Shown: piece by piece, positions 12,201 through 22,800 of the stretch
How positions within the stretch are numbered: position 1 is the stretch's first letter
Layout of the letters: each line of letters starts with the position of its first letter
NCBI GenBank assembly: GCA_002269645.1
Contig: NIVC01000514.1
Coordinates: 493,453-557,452 of the forward strand
Length of the DNA: 64,000 nt
Direction: 5' to 3'
Origin: Macrostomum lignano
Taxonomy: Eukaryota
The notes under the pieces: model-generated
Databases searched by the model: none
Seen by the model: the letters and a program-made list of their open reading frames with translations, nothing else
What the model was told of the DNA's origin: nothing
Translations under genes and position numbers: made by a program

Positions 12201-15200
12201 TCTTGACATCAAGCGAGGGCTCAGTCACTCTGAGGGGTGGGTAATCGAAGCACACGGAATCTGGTCTGCAGAGACCATGTTGATGTCGACTGATCAGAGT
12301 CTGGTGATTGACGAACTCCTTGGTGAGACTGGTGTCTGGATTTCGGCTGTGGATGCCACGGTGACTAACGCAGCTGCCTGGAAAATGCACCTTCTGTCTG
12401 AATCAGGAAGTATAGAAAACAGTATAATTACCAAAGCACTGGAGGTAAGTTGTTCAGAAGAATTTAATGCAAAGCTAATTTTTACAAAGCATGCGCACCT
12501 GCTTGCCTCTGAGAAATCCGGCATGGGAAGGATAAAGTTGGAGTCTTCTAAAATAAAAGTCTGCATTGTTTCGAGCGACTTTTGCCAGACGCTGAAGTGC
12601 TCTTTTGTCGATTGGCATTGTCTGATTACACGCGACCTGTTACTCAGATCATCGAAAGTGCATAATATTTTCGTAGCTAATGTTTGCAATGAGCTTACTA
12701 TTACTGCCGGTTGCCACCTTGAGAAATTACAATGCAGAGTACACCAGACACTGAGCATTGACCAACTCAAAGCACAAGATATATCTGTGGCTTGCTCAGA
12801 TTTCAAGGCTTCCTTTTTATCGGCGAGAACATTAGAGGTTGTTGCTACAGAAACCATTACAATAAGCGACTCCAGTATTATGGACCTGACGGCTCGCTCA
12901 GGCAACAATTTGGAGATTTCAGGCAATACGGCTAAGACAGACCTCGGAACTGCAATCTGCGTGAGCGGAAAATCTCTCGCAATAATAAATGCTTACGCTA
13001 CTGAAAAGCTGGTCGTATGTTCCAATTGCGTTAGCATTAGAGGCACCATGCTTTCGGAGCTCGAGTAATTTGTCCGGGCAAAGGTGAAATCGTCATTGAG
13101 AGCTCGATGGTCGTAATGATTTCGTGGCTCTGTGCCGGAAACTTGCCTCAAAGCAAAGCAAATTTGTTCGGTTGTTCTTCAGGGGCAAGCAGTTAAGCGT
13201 GTTCCAGACAGAGGCAAAGCAGATTTATGCAGATGCTGACGAATGCTTCCGCCTGTCAAAGTCAAGTGTCTCAGAAAATCTCATCGCTTGGTCCGAAGCT
13301 GCGCATTCATTTTTAAGTTACCTGGGCTCAATGAAACTTCGCCACTGCTCAGTGGGATCTACAGTGAGAACGTGCGAAGTGGAGGGGAACATGGAGATTC
13401 TCTGTCGCATGCTCAAAATGTCCGATTCCAGCGCAAATTCTCTCATGATCCTGTCAGGAGGAAATACCAAATTGGAGAGGCTGATGATTACGAATTCCTG
13501 TGATGCTGCCATTGTAGGCTCAACTACCTTGAAAGATTGTCAGCTGGGGCAACTAAATCTGCTGACTGATTCCTCACTGCAAGTCAGTAAACTTATCGTT
13601 AATGGCGGTGCTTGCATTGCTGCCAAAGGCGATGCAGCACTTCGACAAATCATGGTGGGAAGTCTAAATATAGACACGAGGAACTTCCGTCTGTTCGTTT
13701 CTGACCTCAATTCTGCCGGCCTGAGTCATTTGAAGTCGGGGAGATTGTGCGTGTCCGGATGCCAGTGTCTGTCGGATCTGCAGCTGACAGCTGTGTTCTC
13801 AGCCCGAGTTTCTCAGTGCTTCGCCACATGCTCTGTCGTTATTCGGGGCGCGAATGCGGGCTGCTGAGAGTAGGGCTAATGGAACTACAGGCAGAAGAGC
13901 TGACCATTTTGAATTCCCTCTTCGTGGTAGTTAGTTCCATAGAAGTTTTGGAAAATGCCGTCTTTAAAAACATTTTGGGTGATGTACGAATCAAGTCAAA
14001 CTGCAGTGTGCATAATTTACAGGTGCAGACAGAAGGCATTTTGGCAGTCAGTAACTCTGAAGTTGGTCAGATTACATCCCAGTGTCGGCGCTGCTGCATC
14101 TCCACCACGTGCGGACTCCAGAAAAACTTCTTCATTCGAGCTGCGGAAACAGAGCCCGGACCCACTGTTTTACTGGACACAATATCGAGAATCAACTTGA
14201 TAGATGCTGCCGGAAGAGAAATTCGCCTGATGGAATGCGTCTTTAACCTCGGCATCATTCGGACTCACGCACGTGTCCGATTGGAGGGCTGCATGGTCAA
14301 AGCGAATGTCGATATTCAGAGCCCCATCGTGAGCGTGTCCGACACAAGTTCTGATAAAATCCGAATTAGTGACTCAGAATTCTGTGAATTCAAGGAGGTA
14401 AAACACGCGCAGATCTGGACGAAGACTTGGGAACTGAAGCTTTTGGACTGCTGTCTTCAGGAATTGCAAGCGGAAGTCACTGGTACGGCACGAGTTACTG
14501 GTTGCGCGTTCATCGAGAACCTCCTGCTCAAAGCCATCAAGGTGGAAATACGCGGTGTAATGGTTCAAAATCGCTTGCAAGTACAAGCGAGGAGGCTTCA
14601 GCTGGATGGCAGAGATCCAGACAAGAAGAATGAAGGATACTCTAAAGAGCTTATGGTGATCTCTGACTCGAGTACGTGCGGTGAAGCAGCATCGGTTTGT
14701 GTAAGTGATATCCGAATCGTTCGATTGCAAGTGATCAAGAAACCCAAGACCTTAAAACTTGCTCGGGTGACGGTTGAGAAAGCCGTTGTCTTGCCCGCCA
14801 ATGAGATTGAGCTAGATAATTTTGTCGCCCCGGAGCTATTATTGGACGCAGATCCTCTGAACTGTGCGATCAATTCAGGATCCATCCATGTTCTTATTGG
14901 CTCTGTGCGAAATCTGTCCGTGCTGAAATCTTCATTGAATCGAGTCCGAATTTCATGCGACACTCTGGTCCTAGCTGATGGAACAGACGTTCAGCAGGAG
15001 CTGATAGCTGAAGTAAGGGACGTGCGGATCTCAGACTCTAAATTTGGGTCAGTTTTTATTTCGCCAGAAGTCCCATACGAAAACAATTGCACAGCTATCG
15101 CAAAGATTCAAAGTGTCGTAACGGAATCTACCTTTCAAATATTAGACTTTCGGGATATTTTACTCGGCAATTATTGCATATTCAATGGCGAATCAATACT

Positions 15201-16983
15201 AAAGTGCCGTACATTCAAAGCAACGGAGTTCAGCCGATTTGACTTAGATGTGACTATTGACTGTGAGTCTTGCGAATGGAAAGATCCAGTGTTATGTGCA
15301 TCCTTGACACTACGCTGCTGCACCGGATTCATCGAGAAGGCGAAGGTGTCCAAGAGCTGCGATTTATTTGTGTCTGGCTCATTGCGAATTGCCGATTGTC
15401 AGTTCACCGAGTGTCTTCAGTCGTTCGGAAAGCAAGCAACGCTGGAACTCGTGAGCCCAAGGCTTGGCCGGTTCAAGTTGGAGAGCCATCGACTGACGCT
15501 GATGGCGCAGACGTACAGGACGGATCCTCGACATCCTCGATAAGCGCGGCCAGCAATGCGCACCTTAGTCGATGCCAGATTGGCGGAAACCTGCAAATAG
15601 CATCAAGATGCGTCAGAATCGACAGTCATACTTCAGTCAGCGAGTCGCTTCGAATAGAATGCTCTGACGGCCTGCACTTGGAGGACACGACTGTGGGCTC
15701 ACAACTGACAGCCTGTGCCAAAGGCCAAATCTCAGTGAACTCCGGAGTCACAGCTAAAAATTTTCTCATGCGCTCCGAAATCATTCCAACTTTTCAGCGT
15801 GCAAAAAGCTGCAAGTTTGAGCAACTAAAAATAGATTGTTCGAATTTGAATACAAAAAACTTGATTTGCTTTCTCAGTGAATCGAACTTACAGTGCGTAA
15901 GAGAGCTCCTCTGGCTGAGCACTAAACTCGAATTGGATATTCGTAGCACTGAACTTGCTCTGGTGTTCGGCCTAACCCTATCTGCCTCATCAATCAGCAT
16001 CAGCAACAGCCTGACGTCCATCAAGCCGATTTCTTTGATAGCAAACAATGGTACAATTGCGCTACAGGAATACACAAACAATGGTACGTTTTGCAGCGCA
16101 ACGGACAATAAGCTCTGAGATAAATTAACGCAAGCTTTCCAAAACAAAGTTGAGGCCAGAACAATTGTAAGCTCGAGCTCTTGAGTAACTGCAGCATTGA
16201 GTACGAATGGAGCTCAGGTATTCTCGAGTACCGAAAGAACTAGGGCCCTTTGCGAGCCCCAACAACAGTCAGCTGCAATCGATTTCAACTCTGATGCAGC
16301 CACAGCCTGCGAACGAACGGGAGCACCAAAGCCTCCGATCCGGATTGGCAGAAGTTCGATAAAGAATGCCGCTCGGCCGAGGCAGAAATCCGGGGGGCAA
16401 TGGACACAGTGCCCACTCAGCTTAACTGCGACTTTATTTTACCGAGTATTGACAAATCACGACGGGAGTTTGAGAAGTTAATGAAGACAGCAGAGGCTGA
16501 GTTTAACCTCGAGTTCCAAGCATCTGATGATGTCTCGGATAGAAGCCGGAGCTGGCGAGACTTCAGGAATGTCTGCTCAGAATGCGCAGTTCCAGAAGAT
16601 CCAGAAGATTCAGAAGATTGCTTTCAGAAAGCCAGAGAAGCACAGCGGTCTTTTCTGAGCAGCTGCACGAGCATTCCTGCGAGTACCTCGGCCATTTGGA
16701 GAAACTGCCCAGCCATCTGCCGCAGGAGCTGGAGAGCTACATGAGCCGCACTCAGCCACTGGCGCGTCGGTCCGAGCTTCGCGTGACCATCGGGCCCTCC
16801 GGAGTGACCAGCATCGAGGGCGTCATCGCACGGGCCACCTTCTCCAGCGCTGACGTCATGTTGGGCCCCGCCTTTCTGGTGCCGATTTCCCGAGATCCGG
16901 AGGAGCTCTCTGCCAGGAGATTCGACACGAGCAAGCCAGATTTCTTCAAAAACTATTACCAAAGTGACAGCGCTTCAGCTTAA
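6289..16983 (+). pseudogene. Giant (~3,000+ aa reconstructed) beta-helix / filamentous-haemagglutinin-like protein gene broken by many frameshifts (pseudogene or assembly errors)
   Basis: Chain of overlapping same-strand ORFs: 7703-10093, 10027-11733, 11726-11920, 12005-12244, 12277-13068, 13124-13867, 13747-15543, 15270-16118, 16400-16744, 16582-16983. All but the last two share alternating hydrophobic/polar beta-strand periodicity and FHA-like turns (FVNKGMISG, FIANFGAVHS, DIDNSAGSIASD, LLHNQGTLSAKDVRL). Putative first coding exon 6289-6510 (GAG|gtaaga) joins in phase 0 to the acceptor ctcctttcag|7763. The family assignment is pattern recognition only. Confidence 0.6.
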
Positions 16984-19078
16984 CGGCACACTAACGAATT
17001 TCAGTAAGTGCTTGATTATTTTGTGTCGGGGTGCATCTGCACTGCCTAGCCATCTCGGGCTTGCAGTCAGTGCACCAGTCACTGCACTTTTATCCCTTCA
17101 GTTGTTTAGACAGTTGTGTACGCGCCACCCACCCACTGCCTGTCTGGGCCAGCCTGCTTTGGCTGGCTGCGCCCTCTGCGCGCCCTCCCCTCGCTTGCCC
17201 CGCGATTGGCTGGCGGCCCAGCCGATCAATTAGATTGCTATTTTTCTCCAATCACGACCGTCGCGTTCTGCAAGTTGTGAATTTTGTAATTTTGGCTAGC
17301 TGGGCCTGGCGTAGCAATACCCTGGGACTTAACCAGCTAGTGCAAATATATATATATATATATTGGCGTGTGCGGCGGTATGGGAGACCACCCTCCGTGC
17401 CGATCTAGACTCTGCATACTATCGCCAGTAACTGAGCAAAAAATCAGTATGTACTCAAAAGCATTCACTGTCCAAATTGGAGAGTCCGCCCCTACCGCCG
17501 CCACAGTCACTGCTGTGTCAAGTCAAAGAGTGAGTCGCGTCTCTTATTTATTTGCGGGTTTGGCTGGGTTCGAATTGCGCCATAGGGACGGCTGACAAAG
17601 TCTCGTGACGCGATTCCACGCTTGGAGTCCGAAGTCAGTTCGGCCAGTTGACTAACGCCATCTTCTGTGCTCGTTTGCTGAATTAGTTCAGGTTACGATC
17701 CGGCCTTTCACAACAATTATATTCAGTTTGACTTCTGTTTTATTCAAGGACATGCGGCTCCACAAAATTACAGCCATTTAAAAGTTTCCTCTAAGTCCGA
17801 TTTTAAATACTTTACGCACTACCCCCTTTGGTTCATTGATACCCTTTGATATCTTTTCAAGTGTATAAGTGTTACTTTTTTAAGTTCACTGATTGTCTTA
17901 GAAATTTTAAATGTTCAATTTTCAACTTATTAACAATTCCATTATCAATTATTACTTACATTATGCAATTATTCATTTTTCATTTACTATTGACCAAACA
18001 ACAAGGCAGAAGTAGGCATGTAGAAGTGACAAAAACCCAATAGAAACCAGCAATATTTCGTGTGCGCAGTGCAACTGATTGAAGTAAAACAAAAATGAGC
18101 ATCATAGTTCTGAAATATTTCTCAGAAGAAAATTAATTCATCAAGTTACCTTCAGTACATGATTAGGGCACTCGTACGACAAATCTTAAAGAATTTCGGT
18201 TAGGCTTCGTTTTTTACTTGCTGCATCTCCGTCCTGTTTTTTCTGTTGCAGTTCGGTCTTTTTAGATCAAATTTCTTCTTTCACTCCGGACTCTTATTTA
18301 GATTCTCTTTCTTTCCTGGCTTCCGGTTTTTCCTTGTTCGGCCTTCATCGTTTGATATTTTTTCGGATTTGGTTCCCCATTCTGCTTTGGATCCCCTTTC
18401 TTCTTTGAATCCTCTTTCTTATTTATATCACCATTCTTCTTTGGATCCTTTTTCTTCTTTGGATCCACATTCTGCTTTGGGTCCCATTTCTGCTTTGGTT
18501 TCTCTTTCCTCTTTGGTTTCTCTTTCTTCTTTATATCACTTTTCTTCTTTGGATCCTCTTTCCTCTTTGGTTCTTCTTTCTTCTTTTGATGCTCTTTCTG
18601 CTTCTTCCGCACGTTCCACACGGGTAAAGGATCTTTTTATTGGGTAAAAAAGAAAGTTCTCGCGGTTTTTGAAGCCTTCTATGAAGTGAAGTACTTGAAG
18701 TACGAGTATATGTAATGGTACTTTAGCACTGTAGCTGAAACTTGAATTCGGGTTGCTCTACATCAGTCAATGGCCTTTTTATACCTCTGCACACGTGGCT
18801 TCCAGAAATTCTGTAGTCTTATCTTCACAAACCGTGAGAACTTTCTGTTTTACCCAATACTTATGGGAAGCCGTTTGTCCGGAACAGTCCGAGTTCTTCT
18901 CAGCGAAATCACGGAAATTCCGAGGATAGAGGCGTGAGGGGCGCCAAACCACACCTTTGGAATGGCGCCGATTCTCTCAGATATGCCAATAAATCCTTCC
19001 GCTGTAGCGTAGCAAAGACGCACAGCCGATGGCGGCTTCTTCTGGGACAGCAGCGTCGAAAACTCGTCACAGGTAGAC

Positions 19079-19268
19079 TTGACTTACTTGATTAAGCTGC
19101 AGGGCTGTCCGGGGGACACAGTGGGAAGGCGCGAACGCCCATTCCGCTAATCCTTGAACGGCCGACGCGTCGCTATGAACGAAGGGTTGGCACCGCCCAG
19201 GGAAGTCCCCCAGTGTCGCCAGCAGCTATAGTGCTCTCTGGAAAGGAAAGTTAGGGCCCGGAGGTAGC
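19079..19268 (-). mobile_element. 5'-truncated, diverged 3' fragment of the same LINE family as 19737-25627
   Basis: 19092-19250 aligns by eye to 19743-19902 (agctgcagggctgtcc...gaacggccgacgcgtcgcta...ctctctggaaagga) with several substitutions. It ends in an AAGT(C)-type tail at about 19077-19092. Confidence 0.9.
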
Positions 19269-19824
19269 CTACCGGCCTCGACGCTATGGCAGTTGTGTGT
19301 GAAGCGTGACCTCTCGATAATCATACATTGTTATATAGGAGACTTTCGTAATTCCGTGCATAAGCACTGCATTTTACAACGTTTTTAGCATAGACAACCA
19401 AGAAATCTTCAGCAGCCAATCGGTGCGAACGGGGGCTTCGCGAGGCAAAATTGCACCCCTAAATTTAAGGCAGACGAGCAATCCATGGTTTTATTCATCC
19501 ATGGCAAAACTCAGAACTATTTAATGTATCTAACTATTTAAATTACATTTAATCTAACTATTTAATGTATGTAATGTATCTGTTGCTCCTATCCATGCTG
19601 CCTCTGATGCAACCTCTCACAGTCCCGAATCTGCCGTCAGCCATCCGAGCTGAGGAAAACTTAAATAATTTACACCAGCAATTCACACTGACTATTGGTT
19701 AAATGTCCGAGTAGTCAATATCTTGACGTTGCGCTCTTGACTTAGCTGCAGGGCTGTCCCGGAGGGGACACAGCGGGAAGGCGCGGGCGCCCATTCCGCT
19801 AGTCCCTGAACGGCCGACGCGTCG

Positions 19825-22800
19825 CTATGGACGGAGGGTTGGCGCCGCCCAGGGAGGTCCCCCAGTGTCGCCAGCAGCTATGGTGCTCTCTGGAAAGGAG
19901 AGTTCAGCCCTGCGGGTGGCCCGAAGGTAGCGCATGAGCTGATTAAAGTTTTCGGGTTTGCACGCTTCAGTAATAGATGTGTGTGGCCCGAGGTAAGTGA
20001 GTCTGGCCCGCGTGAAGGCGGGACAGATGCTGACGAAATGCTCAGCGGTTTCGTCACCTGAGTTGCAGAAACTACAGGTGGCGTTGGTGGCGTTGCCCTG
20101 CAGGTACTGGTGCCTGGAGAAGCAGCCGTGACCAGAGAGGGTCATGGTGGCAGCCCGGATGTCTCTGCGCGAGAGGCGCAAGAGGAGCTTCCGGAGCTGG
20201 TGAGAGGGCTGAGGGACAGCGCCTCTGGATTGCCTGCAGTTCGTGCGGTTCGCCCAAGTCGAGCGGTGCTGAGTCCTGATCCACGCTTTGATGCGCGAGT
20301 CGATGACACAGCCAGGAATCGGGACAAGAGGTTCGGGGCCGAGAGAGGAGCCGGAGGCACCAACTTTTGCAAGGGTGTCAGCCAACTCATTTCCTCGGAT
20401 CCCCACATGCCCCGGAACCCACTTAAGGGTAATTTTGTTGGCGGAACCCAACACATTGAGGAGTTTGATACAGTCAAGGACTGTAGCAGAGTTGGTGCTG
20501 CAGCCACTGATGGCGTGCAAGGCAGCTTGGCTGTCCGAATGGAAAATGATGTTCTTACCAGTAACGCCAGTGGCGAGAAGCTCTGCAGTGCAGGAGCTGA
20601 TGGCCAGAACTTCATTTTGGAAAACACTGGAGTTGACCCCAGTGTATTGAGCGTGGGTAGCGATGACCCTCCCGTTCAGAAAGATTCCAACACCAAAGCC
20701 GGTGTTGGCTGACTGCTTAGAACCGTCGGTGTAGCAATGAAGCTCACCAGGGTTCCAATGGTCATTGATGTTATCGCGCGAGTCGATAGCTACGGAGTAG
20801 CGCTGTCTCAGGTTGAGCGTTGAGGCAATGCCATCGGTGAAGACGCGATTGGCCTGACACTCGTTGAGAAAGTTGAGGCACAGATCGCTATGCGGGACAA
20901 GGTTCCGCTTAGCAGGTGCTCTCATGTAAATGAATTTGACGCCGGCATCAATTAGACGCCGCGTCGTTCTAGCCGCCTCACCCCTGATGAAGAGGTCAAG
21001 AGGCGGAAGATTAAGAAAGGCCCCCATGCCAGCAAAGGGCGTGGACCTGGTGGCGTTGCAGATGAGCCTACACGCTCTGCCTTGGATCGTGTTGAGCAGG
21101 TCTGCATGGCTTTTGACCTGGGTAGCGCTAACCCAGACAACAGAGGCGTACGTAATGGCAGGTCTAACTACGGAAGTATAGATCCACCAAAGCCGCTTTG
21201 GGGATAGACCCCAAGAAGTGCCAAGTGCTCGTCGGAGCTGGGCCAGGATGGCTGAGGCACGCTTAGCTTTTGCTTTCACGTGGAAGGACCAGTTGAGCCG
21301 GTGGTCAAGTGTGACCCCGAGACATCTGGTCTGGTGCGCGAAGGCAATATCTCTGCCGTAGAGCTGCAGAGGACGTATGTTCCAGCGTAGTCTGCTGGTA
21401 AACATAATGGCAACGGTTTTGGGCTCAGAGAGTTCCAAACCATTGTCATTGGCCCAGGATTCTGCTTTGCGGATAAAGCTCTGCATCAGATCCCTGAGCG
21501 TGCTGGGAGACGGTCCTGCCACAATGGCCGTGACGTCATCAGCATACCCGACTTTGAAGACGGGGTCAGGTCGGGAGTCACTCAGAAGAGCGTCCATGAC
21601 CAGGTTCCAGAGCGTCGGGGTGAGGACTCCGCCTTGGGGTCCACCCTTACAGACTCTGGTGGAGGCAGTTTGCCCAAGAAGTTGGGCAGTGACCGTACGG
21701 TTGGAGATCATGTACATGATCCACCGTATGAGGGTAGCATGAGCTTTGCGATTTTGAAGGGCCCTCTGAAACGCTTCAAAGATAACGTTGTCGAAGGCGC
21801 CAACAATGTCAAGAAAGAGAGCCAGGGCGTAACCGTCACCCAGTACCGCCCGTTCAATCTTTTCGACAATCGCATGCAGGGCGCTGTCAGTCGACCTCCC
21901 GGTACGGAAGGCGTGCTGATTATTGCTGAGGGGCATCGCTGTCAGCTCGCAGGAGAGCAGCCGCCAGAGAATAAGCCTCTCAGTGAGCTTAAGCATTGCT
22001 GACGTTAAGCTAATTGGCCGGAAGGCCTTGACGCTTTGGTAGTCACCCTTCCCAGGTTTGGGAATAAAGACTACTCGAGCTTCAGTCCAGCTTTTGGGAA
22101 CGTATCCCAGCTGGATAGAGGCCCGCATAAGATTGCGGGTGAGTCTCAGGAACGAGGGTATCTTGGCTGCTTCACGAAGGAGAACAGGGTAGATACCATC
22201 AGGTCCAGGAGATTTGAAGGGTTTGAAGGTTCTGACCGCACGAGCGATTAGGTCTTCAGTGACAATGCCCGCCGCTAGGGTGGCTCCATCCATCGAATGG
22301 TTGGGCTCCGGTCTAGCAGTAGGTACCCTCGGGAAGAATGTGCTAAGCATATGCTGAAGCACTTCTTCAGGGTCTTTAGTAAGAGAGCCATCATCTTTTT
22401 TGATCATGGCTAATTTGGACATTTTGTCCATTGTAAGGGCCTTGACAAGCCTAGAAGTAGGTCTGTCTTGATCCAATTCATTGCAGAATTGGCGCCACTT
22501 ACATTCCTTGGCCTTGCGCACTTCAGATTTGAAATTGCGGGAGGCTTGCCGGAAAAGCTCCATGTCCTCCGGGTTTCCGGTCTTCATGGCACGGCGATGA
22601 AGGCTTTTGGCCTTCCGCCTGAGTTTCCCCAGCTCCGGGTTCCACCACGGCGCCGAGGTCTTGCCTCTGTAGGCGCGAGCAGGACAAGCCGCTTCGTAGG
22701 CTGCAATAATGCAACCTGTCAGCGTCTCAGCCATATGATCCACATCCTCGCAGGTCTCAATCGGACGTAAGTCCGTGAGTTCCTGCAGGTGCAGATCAAG

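Noticed and set aside
10027-16744. Programmed ribosomal frameshifting as the cause of the serial -1 transitions
   Set aside because: No consistent X XXY YYZ slippery heptamers, and eight or more sequential events would make full-length product negligible.
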